IMG/VR virus record: IMGVR_UViG_3300032325_000464
Span: 1-64,000 of that record
Direction: 5' to 3' (one strand)
From: a virus
Length of the DNA stretch: 64,000 bases
The notes beneath the pieces were generated by a model, which saw nothing but the letters and a program-made list of their open reading frames with translations, was not told the DNA's origin and ran no database searches. Of the stretch, positions 11,501-22,174 are shown in pieces (within the stretch, counting starts at the first letter, position 1; each line of letters begins with the position of its first letter). The position numbers and the translations under genes are program-made.

Positions 11501-12973
11501 GTATAAAGTTTTAATGGGAACAAAATAGTCATATCCATTTACATCTAGGATAGACTCATAAAATTTTATTTGCATTGTTCTATTAGCGTAATCTTTTATT
11601 ATGCTTAGCGGATTGTTAGAATTAAATACTTGCTCTGGATCAAATAGGGATAGTGAGCCCGTTGAGGCAAGAAGCTGGCCGACTGGCATTCCACTAATTC
11701 CTAGATCTGATGCTGATTTTGTTACAACATAATCTTTTGTCATATCTGATATATCAGCTACTAGTCTAGGAGACATTTCAATTAAGTCAAAAGTTGAATC
11801 AAACTTGTTCATGGTTTCTACTACAACCCTTATTCCTGAGATGTATTCAAACTCTCTATATGTAAGATAACCAGTTCCAGGATCTATGTATGACAATGGA
11901 GAAGACATTTTAGTAACAAAGTTTGTTGAGGTAGTAACATCTTCGCTATGCAGATGCCAATCATATGTTGGAATAAAGTTTTCAAATAAATCTGAGTCTG
12001 AATTCCAAACATAATATGTTCCAACACTTAGCTCATTTTCTTTTACAAGATAGGCATGTCCATCTAGAGATACTGTCGGCAAGCTATTAACGCCTGGTAA
12101 TATTGCTATTTCTTTAAAGTTATCCTGATATTTTTCTGGAATAATTAGTCCGTAAGATAGCTCAACGTATCCGTCTTGAGATATAACAGGAGTACCATCT
12201 GGTCTAGTAGACATCTGGTTAAAAGATTTTGCATCTATCCAACTATTATTTTTTAGTATTTGAACTTTCCATTTTATAGGAGTAGTTTTATTTAAGTCTC
12301 CAAAAAATGGATCTAAAAATGATCCAGACGAATCTGCAAATGGCCCAAGATTAATGCTTCCAATATTTGTCTGCATTTTAATTACTAGCCTGTTTGCAGG
12401 AACCTCTTTTTTATATACAACATATGGGGCTGCATCGTCTATATAGAATTGCCCATTTACCTGATGGCTTGCGACTCCTCTTTCAATACCGTTTTCAGTT
12501 CTATATGATGTCCAGTATTTAAAAGTATCATTTTTGTCTGACATGTAATATCTTGGCCTGTTAGCCATTTCAATGTTGGTGTGGTGACTAAAATTGTTGC
12601 CAAAAAATCTAAGCTTATTTATCCCAGATCTAGGTCTAAACTTTCCCAAACAGTCTTCTAGAGAATATAGTGATTTTTCCTTTTCTCTAATTGATTGAAA
12701 GGCTAGGGGCTCTTCATTATCTTTTAGACCACCATCAATTGTTATGTCTGAATCTGTTGCACCAGTATAAAAATTACCAGAATCATTTATGTCAAAGCCG
12801 CCAGGTACTGTCCTGTATATTTCATTAGAGTCTGCAGTTGGCCTATATCTATAATTTCCCAATGCCTCTACATTGTCTAAATAATTTAGGTTCCACTCTG
12901 CTAAAATTAGAGACTGGGATCTTATTGTTGATGCCGTCTCTAGATGTTCTTTTAGTTGATCATCTATGAACAC
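8501..12973 (-). CDS. Large minor tail protein (hub/central fibre)
   Basis: 1490 aa, second gene after tape measure, C-terminal PTIQLGDIVKI motif. Confidence 0.7.
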   Translation of the reverse strand: MFIDDQLKEHLETASTIRSQSLILAEWNLNYLDNVEALGNYRYRPTADSNEIYRTVPGGFDINDSGNFYTGATDSDITIDGGLKDNEEPLAFQSIREKEKSLYSLEDCLGKFRPRSGINKLRFFGNNFSHHTNIEMANRPRYYMSDKNDTFKYWTSYRTENGIERGVASHQVNGQFYIDDAAPYVVYKKEVPANRLVIKMQTNIGSINLGPFADSSGSFLDPFFGDLNKTTPIKWKVQILKNNSWIDAKSFNQMSTRPDGTPVISQDGYVELSYGLIIPEKYQDNFKEIAILPGVNSLPTVSLDGHAYLVKENELSVGTYYVWNSDSDLFENFIPTYDWHLHSEDVTTSTNFVTKMSSPLSYIDPGTGYLTYREFEYISGIRVVVETMNKFDSTFDLIEMSPRLVADISDMTKDYVVTKSASDLGISGMPVGQLLASTGSLSLFDPEQVFNSNNPLSIIKDYANRTMQIKFYESILDVNGYDYFVPIKTLYSDTLPKINNANRLVDVDLRDMFFHFESLTAPQIFIQNASVSYAVSLLLDNIGFSNYVFKRAPEEKDPIIPSFFIGPDKTVAQVLNDIAISTQTAMFFDEYNNFVLMTKGYIMPSESDRATDITLYGNDVIVSTTGSRILYSGSVNHVDQLPTSRQPGGFLVLSENKIYVWSFGQNRWVVGGDFDRVINSSNIAEISSDENKVYNDGKITYTTRYIQKTYGSIGQAAVVDREKDWTYKPVLLWEVAGEQNTKSINDELSNQSSYVLSAIPLNSDLSAQIPYVANNKVQNNIMDLGEGIYWLSRYNGYFYSNGEVIKFDAVQYNVPSVTGSESTGLGYIDNNVWISSVEEYQNYFSKISFNGKIYPTGLVRIYTEPNYKIVNGITIPESIAKHGRGQFGTNVVEHRAGLDPYWADPKNLRGCSMKSSHLFSDEEVPATTTGAAGVNNILAAKTTCSGLIKNFMSSSYVNETDLARLYSTQSGTIQSSALVMNGPAFATTEKPLPKDFISYVYKPLTEKFRHFGTRMRIIGRIENNENRGQTPIGSTSYYIVNSSSPDQNINVNAASGGLAVMLNPETNNGYYFEIAALTENDPSSYTGSENIYNVIFYKIKKSAAPGTTSSSEAIPVRLWAGLTQIIVDSGKFTGQSRITAEDATTVYDLAVEYETIAGTRRFFLYINNSLVATVDDNDPLPIYNNMALFVRGSARCMFENIYAITNNYSKSTGYVLDTPISAVFDDSEINVDESFRKYAMSGMIQSTYLSGIKPSEPPDYKIYFEEFGTIMREAAYLNIRYDKAYPALYAKLSPTYNNLKGYVASGFIAGPYGAEFLIFNATDTALSLDDSSGNYLRIQGVTFTQASPHDLTVDEYFSKNSDLSNPELVGSSIIKSPLIVEKEYLDIKNSRSTYGKKDFSLDLPYVQSHDDAQSLMGWIISKVMKPRKAVGLKVFSMPTIQLGDIVKINYTAKTDFEQISDSDTRFVVYNIQFSRSSEGPEMTLYLSEVF

Positions 12974-13648
12974 TTAAACCTCTTCCAAGGTCATGGATAT
13001 GTTCCAAAGATCATGATTGCTTCCGCCACGCTTAACAACTGAGTAGTTAAAGTCTGTAATAAACATTTCTAAAATATCATTGTATACGCCTAGCTTATTG
13101 TATGCAGATTCAGAATCTCCAAAATTTTTATAATTATCGTAAGCTAAAAATACCCAAAACGAGCCTTTGTGCTGGTTATACCAATCAAGAATCTCTGCAC
13201 CGCCAGCGCCACCGTCAGTTGTATATGAGGTATCTTGTGCGTTAGGCTTGCCAGAGCCTACATTATCTGATCTGCCAGAAACTGCATCGAATGCTGGTAA
13301 CTGAGAAAATGACCTAGATGGCAACATGTCCCACGAGACTGATAGCGTAGCTTTGTCTGCAATATGGTAAGAGCGCATTCTGCCATTAATCATTCTCTCA
13401 CGCTTTTCTATTCTTATTGATCCAAAATCTAGCGCTTTTCTATTATCATCTGAAAGTATTAAGAAGCTATTTAGTGGCGAACTGTCTATGGCTGTTTCTT
13501 CATCTATACCTATTTCGTAGCCAATTGGAAGTATGTTCCCATTTGAAATATAGCCAGAATTCTCTGAAAAAAGAATAGCCTGTGGCCTGTGGTATCTTTT
13601 TCTTCCAGTATTGGAATCTACACCATATAGATATCTTGAAGTTGCCAT
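12974..13648 (-). CDS. Distal tail (Dit-like) protein
   Basis: Immediately after tape measure; RMINGRMR..., WNISMTLEEV. Confidence 0.65.
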   Translation of the reverse strand: MATSRYLYGVDSNTGRKRYHRPQAILFSENSGYISNGNILPIGYEIGIDEETAIDSSPLNSFLILSDDNRKALDFGSIRIEKRERMINGRMRSYHIADKATLSVSWDMLPSRSFSQLPAFDAVSGRSDNVGSGKPNAQDTSYTTDGGAGGAEILDWYNQHKGSFWVFLAYDNYKNFGDSESAYNKLGVYNDILEMFITDFNYSVVKRGGSNHDLWNISMTLEEV

Positions 13649-16600
13649 TATAGCCTATTTCCTCTTATTCTCTGTGAATCAATTTGTTTAATTTGAGTCA
13701 TTACGCTTCTAGCAATTTCATCTGCGTTTGCATCTGACTTAACATTTAGGTTCAACTCATAATTATACACTGAACTGCCCTGGTATGTTCCATTATTTAT
13801 AGCCTTTAGGTTATCTACCCCGAAAGAATCTACGGCATACTTCTTGACCACAAACTCTCCTGGCGTTAGCATTGCTGGGACTGTGTCTGTGCCAAATGAT
13901 GAGAAGTCAATTAGACCTCCAGAAGCCTTCTTTGTTGGAATGGTAATTTTTGATCCAGAGTATATAAGATTAGGATTTGTTATCTTTGGGTTAGCAGTCA
14001 GTAGTTTTGCTACAGTCGTGTTATTTTTACCAGCAATTCCAGAAAGAGTGTCTCCAGGCTTAACAGTATATACTACTGGTTTTACAGTGGTAGTAGTAGT
14101 TACTGGCTTTACTGGAGTGACAGGAGCAACAGGAGCCAATGGCTTTGGGGCAGACTGCTCTGCTATTGCGGCGGTGGCTAAAGCTTGGGCGGCTGTGAGA
14201 GTTGCCAAATAGGTAGAGGCAGAGGCTGCAGCCAAATCAACACTGATCTTTAACTGATCCCACTTGTTTTTTTCATCATCTAGCGCATCTAGCTTTATGT
14301 CTCTTGCAACTGTTGCTAGTCGTATTGACTCTTTGGCTGGCTCAAGCCTAGATTCTTCTATTAAGAAAATTTCTTTTTCAATTTTTAGAATGTCATCTTC
14401 AATTTGTTTTCTGGTTTTCTTAACTCCGTTTACCGTAGCACTTAGGCCACCAAGCTCTGTTTCTCTAGATTTCTCAATTAAATCTCTCTGTGTTTGAGAA
14501 GACTCTTTAGCCTCTAAGCTTCTAAACTCTTGTGCTGCCTTTGCTGCTGCAGCTATGTCACCACGAGAAAGGGCTTCTGCAAGTCCAAGCTGAGCTTTTT
14601 GCGAGTTAGCTATTCTTTCATTTGCCTTTTCAACTTTATCTAGAGCTTCTAGTCTTTCATCATAAGTTTTATTTATGGCATCTTCTTGCCAAGTAATTTG
14701 CTGCAGACCTGCCTGAAGGTCATCTAGTCCGCCAGGCTGATTTACCTTCTTGTCAATGTCTGCCTGTGCAGAAGACACTGCATCATTAAAAGGATCTGTT
14801 GCAATATCAAACTCGACCTGTATAGTTGCTTCCTTAGCATTAATCAGATCCATCTGTGCATTATAGGTGTCATCAAACTTCTCTTGCATTGTCCTTGCTG
14901 ACTCTACTGCTGCCTTTTCTTGCTTGTACAGACTAATAGCTTCTTTTATTGCCTTGTTTTTATCTTTTATTGCAGTGTTTGATTTTATTGCAGCAATAGC
15001 TTCGGCTAGGCCTGAGTCTCTAGCTGCCTCGGCTGCCTCTTTGTAAGACATGGTTGTAAGGCTTAGAATTGTTTTCCTAGCACTAAGCTCTTTATTTATA
15101 GCACCAATAGACTCTCTAATGCCTCTTTCAAAGTTTCCCAAAGTTACTGCAGCAAATAGGTTTTGTAAGGCCTTTCCAGAATCTTTTAGTTTTACAACGC
15201 CCTTGTCGATGGTCATAAAACGTTTTTGATCTGCTTTGTCGGCATCGGCCATAAATCTTATAAACTCTTCACTGTATCCTTTTAGGCTAAGCTGTTGCTC
15301 AATACCACTAAAGCCAGTAAAGTTTTTACCACTTTGCAGTAGAGACATTAGTTCTTTTATTCCGCCATTAACATCTACAGAAGCTCTTCTAACATTCTGA
15401 AGTTTCTTTAATAGTTCGTCTAAGACATCTGTCTTTTTACTTCCGCCATCTTCTTCATCTGGATCTGGATTTTCATTTGTTTTAGTGTTTGGATTCTCTT
15501 GCCCGTCTGCAAAAAATTGTGCCCTAGCTGCTGGCATCAATGAGGTCTGTACTGAAATGGTGGCGTTTGCCAAAGCAGGGTTTTTTGATATATAGTATGC
15601 CCAGATTGCTGCGTCACTAGCTTTTCCAATTACATAGTCGACCATTACCTGGTAGTTAACCTTGTTGTCTCCACCTGTGAGAACATCCCAGTTTGAAAGC
15701 ATTTCTTGTAGATTTGCTTTTTGTACAGGGTCCATTCCTGGATTATTTGCTATATAGTTTGTTACAATTTCTCTTGTAACTGGCTTACCCTTAAGTCCCC
15801 CAGTTGCCTGCAAGAAGGCACTAACATCTTGAAGCTTCTTTGCTCCGTTAACATTTAGGTCTATCTCAATACCATATTCTGCCTGCATGTTTGCAATTTG
15901 AGCGAGAGCCTCTTGGTCTTCTTTAAAAGTCTGTGGATTTTTATTTATGTAGTCTAGAATTACTCCATAGTTTTTAGAAGATACTCCAGCTTTTCCTATT
16001 AGCTGAAGAAGCTGGTTAGCTTCTGCAGTTCCTTGGGCAGATGTAATTAGGTTAAAGTTTGTTTCAATTGTTTTATCTTCCGCTGCAGCATTTGCTAAGT
16101 TTAGTGCAGCCATTGGACTAAATTCTCCAGATGCTAGACCAAACTGTACTGTTGCCTTAAAGGTATTAAATTTACCGTCAGTCCCAGTAGTAGGAATTGC
16201 TGCAAGGGCTTCCTTTGCCATGGTTGCCGAAAGCTTTAGAGATCCTGTTGCATCTTTAAATCTTTCATCAATTGCTAACCCAACAGAATCGTTAAAGGCG
16301 GGCCCCATGGCCTCTGCTTGCTTAATTAGCTCACTAAAGACTTCTTCATTTGCTTTTTTCTGGCTAGCAATTGCAGAACTTCTATCTCTAATTTTTTGAG
16401 TAATTTTATCTTCTATTTCTAATTTTTCTTTATCGGTTTTTGCATTTTCTTTTTTAAGCTCAAGCTCTTTTATTTCTGTATTATATCTGTCATTTAGGGA
16501 GTCCAATAATCCCTGATTTTGTGCAATCTGCTCAACACCCAAAGAAACTGCTAGGCCACGCGCCTTGTTATTTTCTTGCTTGTCTCCCTCATTTGCAAGC

Positions 16601-19600
16601 TCTCCACCAATAAGCATTCCTCCACCTGCAAGGCCAGTAAGGGCTCCTGCTGCAGCAATAAATGGTGCAGCAACTGCTCCTATTCCAGTAACAGCAGCGG
16701 CGCCCGAGGCCACAAATAGACCTGCAGAAAGGCTAGTTAGTGCACCGCCGACATCAGCCACCCAGTCATTTGCAGCATTTTCGTTTATTGCTTGAACTGC
16801 ATTTTCGTATGCAGCAAGCTGTTCCGTTGAAGAATCTTTTTGAATCTTTAGTGCTATCTGTAGTGGATCAGTTAGTAGGTTTTCTCCGTTTCTGCCATAA
16901 AGAGCTGTAAGGTTTCCAACTATATTTGCAGAAATAGAATAGTCTTGAAGCTTTTCTCCTAGAGCTGCGGCAATTGACGCTGCTTGCTCTTGAGTAACAG
17001 CACCTTGCAAAACAGCATAAGAAAGCTGATTAGAAAAGTTTTCAGCAATTTCTTTGTTGCTTTGACCGTTACTGGTCATAGACTCTGCGTCTGCAAGCAT
17101 GGACTTTCCAGCATCTGATTCTAGGAAATTTTGTCCGTAGTACCTCTTTTTTGCAGACTCACCAGTTAGCTGATTATCTCTTGTTTTTATTGCTTCTTGA
17201 CTAGAGGTAACTACACCGTTCAAGGAAGCAAACTCATCAAGTTTTTTATTAGTCATGGACATTGACTTGCCCAGCTTTATACCAGACTTAGTGGCCTCAT
17301 CTGCTTGAATCTTAAAGTAAACCATAGCTCCGACAAATGATGCAAGGCCAGCCACAATTAAGCCAATTGGGTTTGCGATCATTGGCAAAATCATTGATAG
17401 CATCATTAGTGGCATAGCTACCTGGCCAGCAATGTCGGCTCCTGGGCCACCAGACATTCCATACATCATTGCGCCCATTCCAGCAACGCCACCAACTGCT
17501 CCAAGTTTTCCAGCCACTGCTCCTGAAGTTTTTTGCTTTGGCTCGGCCCCTGCGGCAGCAGCGTTATTTTTGTATCTAGCCTCTGCCTCTTCTTTAGAAA
17601 TTTTTCCTTCGCCCTTGGCGCCTACAAAGTATTGTCTACCGTTCTTGTCGGTTTTTGTTTCTACACCGTTATCAAACTCTCTACCATTTTTACTAACAAC
17701 TGTTGCGGTTCCACCATTGAGCAATGAAAGAGCTTTTCCAACTGTTGCAGAATTTCCAATAGCATTTCCAATAGAGGTGCCTAGAATCTTAGACCTTCCA
17801 AGAACCTGTCCAAGACCTTTTCCAATAATTTCTGCAGCACGGTCACTGAAGCCACCTCCACTAGAGTTTCCAGCTGCTCCAGCCCTACCCTTAAAGTATC
17901 CTGGGACGTTTCCAGAAATCATAGAACTAATTAATGGACTATACTTCTTTGTCATCTCAGCAGGGATTACCGCCTCTCCTGGAGACAGCATCGCTGGAAT
18001 TACATCGCCAGCACCCTTTGGACCAGGAACGCTAACTACCCCGTCCTCAAATCCAAATATCTTGGCCATAATTCCAGAACGCTGGCCACGCACTGGAATC
18101 TTTAATCCCTGTGCTTTTAGGGCTGCCCTGATAAGCGGAATAGCTTCTGGGTTTTTTGTAATAATTTTTGAAATTTCTCTTAGGTCAAATCCACCTGGAG
18201 TGTAAGTCTCTATATAAGGGATTCCTGGATTTGATGTATATGGCTGATTTCCCCACTTGTCTGGTGGACCAGACTTGTAGCTTGTTCCAAATTGGTGAGA
18301 AAGTGTTGACTTTAGATTACCAGAATCTCTACCAAAGTCTTTTGCACCGTAAAGATTTTGTAATTGTGGTGCGTATTTACCACTAAATCCTTGTGGAAAC
18401 TTAAGGTACTGATTTAATATGTCATTACCATAAAATTTTGATCTTCGGCCAATAGAGCGTTTACCAATTAGAGATGTATCTCCGTACAGATCTAGATTAC
18501 TATTTAGGGGATTAGTAACATCAAGGAACTGTTTACCAGTTAGTCTTCCAAACAACTTGGCAAGAATTTTAGCAGCTGGACTAACGGTTGCTGCGGCACC
18601 ATATGTTGGCCTATCTAAAGAGTTGGCTCCATACGGAATTCCAAATACATCGCTCTCAAGCTTGCTTCTTTGCTGCTTCCCATACTTATTTTCTGATCCC
18701 CTACCAGCTGAAGATCTATTCTTTGTAAAATCTGCACCATATCCAGTATCAAAGGCAGTCTTGTACTTGGTGTCACCCTTGCCCAGCATTTCAGTAAGCA
18801 TGTCGCTAGGCATTCTAGTAGAAACTCTAGATTTTTTGAGCAATTCAGATAGCAGTTTTGATTGAGTTGTTGACTTTGCTATACCACCAAAACGTGCTCG
18901 TACGCCAAATAGTTTTGCTATTAACCCAGCTTTTCCAGGTGTCACACTCTTCGATGTAGATCCAAGAATTTCAGACATGTTAAACGTTTGAGCACCCTTG
19001 GTAGCTTTTGCTGCTTGCTTAACAACTTCTTTTTTAAGCTCTGGAGTTTTTAGAGTTTTATTATTAGCATCTTTAATAATTTTTGAAACATCTTCTTTAC
19101 TTCCATCACTAGCAGATAGTGACAACATAAGCTTTTTGGCTTCATCTTCTGGCAAGGTTTTAAACAGATTTTTAATTGCGTCTCTGTCAGCCTGAGATGC
19201 TTTAGTTTTCATAGAATTCTTTGTAGCCCAGGTATCGGCTATCTTTGCAAAGCTCATTAACCTTTTTCTAGTCTCTGGAGATCTTAGCTGTTTCTGAGTA
19301 TCTTGATATTTAATGTATGGGTTGGGAAGATTTGTTCTTCCTGACTTTTCAGACCCTGGAACTACTGGGCTAGTCTTGGCTCTGCCAAAAACATTTGCCT
19401 TTCTAATACTTTCCTTTTCGTCAAACTTTACAATCTTTTTCTCTGCCTCGTCTTGAGCCTTTACAAAAATGTCTTGCAACTGTCTTTCAGAAAGGGCTTT
19501 TGACTTAGAGTTTGAAATCATTGATCTAAAGGTTTTGTCCAAGTCCTCTAGGTATTTTGTAGTTGTTGAATCACTGACCTTTCCAACCATACCATTTTTA

Positions 19601-22152
19601 ACAAGGTAATCCATGTTTGGAATTAGGCTGCCTCCAGAAAGTGCCTTTGTTTTTGAAAGCTCGTTAAGAATACTAGTGACATCTTTTACAGCTCTTTTAT
19701 CTGTAAAAAATTGATTAAATGTTTTGGTCAGCATTCCAGCTGTTTGGCTATTTAGTCTAACTTCTTTAGATATTCTTGAAATTATTGACCTATCTACCAT
19801 AGATTCTTTTATAATTCCTTGTTTAATCAAATCATCAATTTCAGCATTCATGATCTGCTTGGCCTTATTAGAACTTAAGACATCTGTTCCAGGAGACATG
19901 TGAGAAGCTTCTAACAAGAATTTTGCAGGAAATGATATAGATGGGTCTGCAACACTATACTTAAGCTTTGCAGGCTTGCCGCTCTCATAACCAGGGACAT
20001 TGCCGCTAATCATAGAGTTGATTAGTGGACCATATTTTTGAGCCATCTTTGTTGGAATAACTGCTTCCCCTGGTGAAAGCATGGCTGGGACAACATCGCC
20101 AGCGCCCTTTGGACCAGGCACAGAAACAACTCCAGTTTTATACTTCTTAACATTTGGAGTCTTTGGTAAAGTTTTTCCTCCAGCCCCAAGTGGAACACCT
20201 AAAAGCTTTGATTGGGCGATAATGGCCCTACCATAAGCAGAAGCTAGATTATTTACAGCACCAGTTTCTGAAGTAAAAGTTTGAATAAGTTTTGCATGTT
20301 TTTGATCTAGTGAGGATGCGACTGCGGCTGCTTCAAGCTGTTGCTGAGTCAAATATTCTGTCTGAGAGCCAAGAGTGTTGGACTGTCCACCCAACCCAGA
20401 AAATACATTTCGAAGCCCTGCAAAAAGTTTTATAATGTTTGCTGCACCGTTAGCTATTAGACCAAATGTCATTAGCAATATTGGACCAATTCCAGCAACA
20501 ACAGTTGTTATAAGCACCGTAAACTGCTTAGCCCCATCGCTCATTTCATTAAACTTGTCTAAGAAGCCCTTTACAAATTCAACAATAGGAGTTACAGCCT
20601 TTAGGAATGCCTCTCCCAGTGGAACCAAAGAAACCCTTATGTCTTCAACAGCCTTTTTAAACTTATACATTGGTGAATCTTCAATGCGCTTTAGCTCTCG
20701 CTCAGATAGTATTGCAAGCTCTTCTGCTGTAGATGAAGATAGCTTTAAGACTCGCTCTGCCTGCGTACCCTCTTTTACAACGTTCTGAAATAGTGTTGAT
20801 AGTCTTGAGAACTGAAACTTTCCAAATAGTTGCTCAATAGCTCTAGACCTATTTAGTGGGTCTAGTGTATTCAGGGCGTTAGCTAGCTCAATAACTGTGG
20901 CAGTTACATCTCCTGCATTAGAGTCTACAATTTGTTTAATATTTACACCCAGGCTAGCCAAAAACTTGCTAGTTTTTTCTGCTGGATTAATCATGGATGC
21001 AAGGCCAGACTTAAGTGCGTTTGCACCCTCAGAGGCGTTTATTCCACCTTCTCGCATGGCAGTAAGGAAGAAGGTTAGGTCTTCGACGTCTCCTCCAAGC
21101 TGCTGAATAACTGGACCAGCTTTTGGAACTGCAATTGTCAGGTCTTCAATGGAGGTTACAGTTTGGTTTTCAACTGCGTTAAGGAAGTTTATTTTACCAG
21201 TCAGGTCTTCTGCTGCAAGACCGAAGGCGTTGGTCAGAGATATTGTTGTTTGTAGAGCTTGGTCTTGTTCTACGCCACCAAGAACTGCAAGCCTTGTTGC
21301 CTGGCCTACCTGGGCCAACAGGTCTGCACCCATCTGTCCCATAGCTGCAGCGTCGGCTGCCATCTTCATTGTTTTTTCTACAGCAACGCCATATTTTGTA
21401 AACTCGTTTGCTAACTCTTTAATCTGAACGACCATCTTGTCTGTCTCAGAAGATGCTGTAAATGAGTCTCCATATACACGCTTAAATCTAATTGCCTGCT
21501 CTTCCATTTCCATGAAAGTTTTTGCCGCAATAGTTCCTATGTATGCAAGAGGAATAGAGAATCCAACCATAAGCTGGCGACCAGCCCACTGAGTATTTTT
21601 ACCAAAATTTAGTAGGTTGGTAGATCCCTGTTTTACTAGTTGATTGAAGATCTGCTGTTTTTGAGCGGCCATCTCAGTTTTTGTAGCCAGGTTATTCATA
21701 TCCAAAGCCAAAGGCCGCACTGCTATGGCTTGAAGAGATCCATTTGCATTACGGCCTAGCTTTGTGAACTGAGTTTGAATAGTCTTTACTCTTTCACGAG
21801 CAACCTTTTCAATTGTGTCAAATTCATTTCTAAAAAGTTTACCAAAAGTTTTACTGGCTCCGCCAGCATAGCGGAAATACTCACCTAGGCCAAGCTTATT
21901 TTTTTCTAGCCTATTTGTAAAATTTTCTGTAGTATTAGTTATATTTTTTACATTTGCAGCAAACTGACCAGTAGCATTTATATTATTTAATAGATTTCGC
22001 TGAACGTTTTCTGCAGCACGTGCTTGAGCTGCTCCACTTTTCAGTAGCTGCGCATTAAGGGAAGCAACCTGCCTTTGCAGATTCTTAATCTCTGCGATAC
22101 CAATTTTGGTATCAACATTTATAATTATGTTTGACTGTATGTTTTCAGCCAT
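13648..22152 (-). CDS. Tape measure protein with inserted domains and a C-terminal LysM
   Basis: 2834 aa; TP901-like TMP core, Ala/Gly-rich hydrophobic segments, coiled coils, LysM YTVKPGDTLSGIA..NPNLIYSGSKITIP, GTDTVPAMLTPGEFVV. Confidence 0.93.
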   Translation of the reverse strand: MAENIQSNIIINVDTKIGIAEIKNLQRQVASLNAQLLKSGAAQARAAENVQRNLLNNINATGQFAANVKNITNTTENFTNRLEKNKLGLGEYFRYAGGASKTFGKLFRNEFDTIEKVARERVKTIQTQFTKLGRNANGSLQAIAVRPLALDMNNLATKTEMAAQKQQIFNQLVKQGSTNLLNFGKNTQWAGRQLMVGFSIPLAYIGTIAAKTFMEMEEQAIRFKRVYGDSFTASSETDKMVVQIKELANEFTKYGVAVEKTMKMAADAAAMGQMGADLLAQVGQATRLAVLGGVEQDQALQTTISLTNAFGLAAEDLTGKINFLNAVENQTVTSIEDLTIAVPKAGPVIQQLGGDVEDLTFFLTAMREGGINASEGANALKSGLASMINPAEKTSKFLASLGVNIKQIVDSNAGDVTATVIELANALNTLDPLNRSRAIEQLFGKFQFSRLSTLFQNVVKEGTQAERVLKLSSSTAEELAILSERELKRIEDSPMYKFKKAVEDIRVSLVPLGEAFLKAVTPIVEFVKGFLDKFNEMSDGAKQFTVLITTVVAGIGPILLMTFGLIANGAANIIKLFAGLRNVFSGLGGQSNTLGSQTEYLTQQQLEAAAVASSLDQKHAKLIQTFTSETGAVNNLASAYGRAIIAQSKLLGVPLGAGGKTLPKTPNVKKYKTGVVSVPGPKGAGDVVPAMLSPGEAVIPTKMAQKYGPLINSMISGNVPGYESGKPAKLKYSVADPSISFPAKFLLEASHMSPGTDVLSSNKAKQIMNAEIDDLIKQGIIKESMVDRSIISRISKEVRLNSQTAGMLTKTFNQFFTDKRAVKDVTSILNELSKTKALSGGSLIPNMDYLVKNGMVGKVSDSTTTKYLEDLDKTFRSMISNSKSKALSERQLQDIFVKAQDEAEKKIVKFDEKESIRKANVFGRAKTSPVVPGSEKSGRTNLPNPYIKYQDTQKQLRSPETRKRLMSFAKIADTWATKNSMKTKASQADRDAIKNLFKTLPEDEAKKLMLSLSASDGSKEDVSKIIKDANNKTLKTPELKKEVVKQAAKATKGAQTFNMSEILGSTSKSVTPGKAGLIAKLFGVRARFGGIAKSTTQSKLLSELLKKSRVSTRMPSDMLTEMLGKGDTKYKTAFDTGYGADFTKNRSSAGRGSENKYGKQQRSKLESDVFGIPYGANSLDRPTYGAAATVSPAAKILAKLFGRLTGKQFLDVTNPLNSNLDLYGDTSLIGKRSIGRRSKFYGNDILNQYLKFPQGFSGKYAPQLQNLYGAKDFGRDSGNLKSTLSHQFGTSYKSGPPDKWGNQPYTSNPGIPYIETYTPGGFDLREISKIITKNPEAIPLIRAALKAQGLKIPVRGQRSGIMAKIFGFEDGVVSVPGPKGAGDVIPAMLSPGEAVIPAEMTKKYSPLISSMISGNVPGYFKGRAGAAGNSSGGGFSDRAAEIIGKGLGQVLGRSKILGTSIGNAIGNSATVGKALSLLNGGTATVVSKNGREFDNGVETKTDKNGRQYFVGAKGEGKISKEEAEARYKNNAAAAGAEPKQKTSGAVAGKLGAVGGVAGMGAMMYGMSGGPGADIAGQVAMPLMMLSMILPMIANPIGLIVAGLASFVGAMVYFKIQADEATKSGIKLGKSMSMTNKKLDEFASLNGVVTSSQEAIKTRDNQLTGESAKKRYYGQNFLESDAGKSMLADAESMTSNGQSNKEIAENFSNQLSYAVLQGAVTQEQAASIAAALGEKLQDYSISANIVGNLTALYGRNGENLLTDPLQIALKIQKDSSTEQLAAYENAVQAINENAANDWVADVGGALTSLSAGLFVASGAAAVTGIGAVAAPFIAAAGALTGLAGGGMLIGGELANEGDKQENNKARGLAVSLGVEQIAQNQGLLDSLNDRYNTEIKELELKKENAKTDKEKLEIEDKITQKIRDRSSAIASQKKANEEVFSELIKQAEAMGPAFNDSVGLAIDERFKDATGSLKLSATMAKEALAAIPTTGTDGKFNTFKATVQFGLASGEFSPMAALNLANAAAEDKTIETNFNLITSAQGTAEANQLLQLIGKAGVSSKNYGVILDYINKNPQTFKEDQEALAQIANMQAEYGIEIDLNVNGAKKLQDVSAFLQATGGLKGKPVTREIVTNYIANNPGMDPVQKANLQEMLSNWDVLTGGDNKVNYQVMVDYVIGKASDAAIWAYYISKNPALANATISVQTSLMPAARAQFFADGQENPNTKTNENPDPDEEDGGSKKTDVLDELLKKLQNVRRASVDVNGGIKELMSLLQSGKNFTGFSGIEQQLSLKGYSEEFIRFMADADKADQKRFMTIDKGVVKLKDSGKALQNLFAAVTLGNFERGIRESIGAINKELSARKTILSLTTMSYKEAAEAARDSGLAEAIAAIKSNTAIKDKNKAIKEAISLYKQEKAAVESARTMQEKFDDTYNAQMDLINAKEATIQVEFDIATDPFNDAVSSAQADIDKKVNQPGGLDDLQAGLQQITWQEDAINKTYDERLEALDKVEKANERIANSQKAQLGLAEALSRGDIAAAAKAAQEFRSLEAKESSQTQRDLIEKSRETELGGLSATVNGVKKTRKQIEDDILKIEKEIFLIEESRLEPAKESIRLATVARDIKLDALDDEKNKWDQLKISVDLAAASASTYLATLTAAQALATAAIAEQSAPKPLAPVAPVTPVKPVTTTTTVKPVVYTVKPGDTLSGIAGKNNTTVAKLLTANPKITNPNLIYSGSKITIPTKKASGGLIDFSSFGTDTVPAMLTPGEFVVKKYAVDSFGVDNLKAINNGTYQGSSVYNYELNLNVKSDANADEIARSVMTQIKQIDSQRIRGNRL

Positions 22153-22174
22153 ACATCCGCACTTCCCTTTTTAA

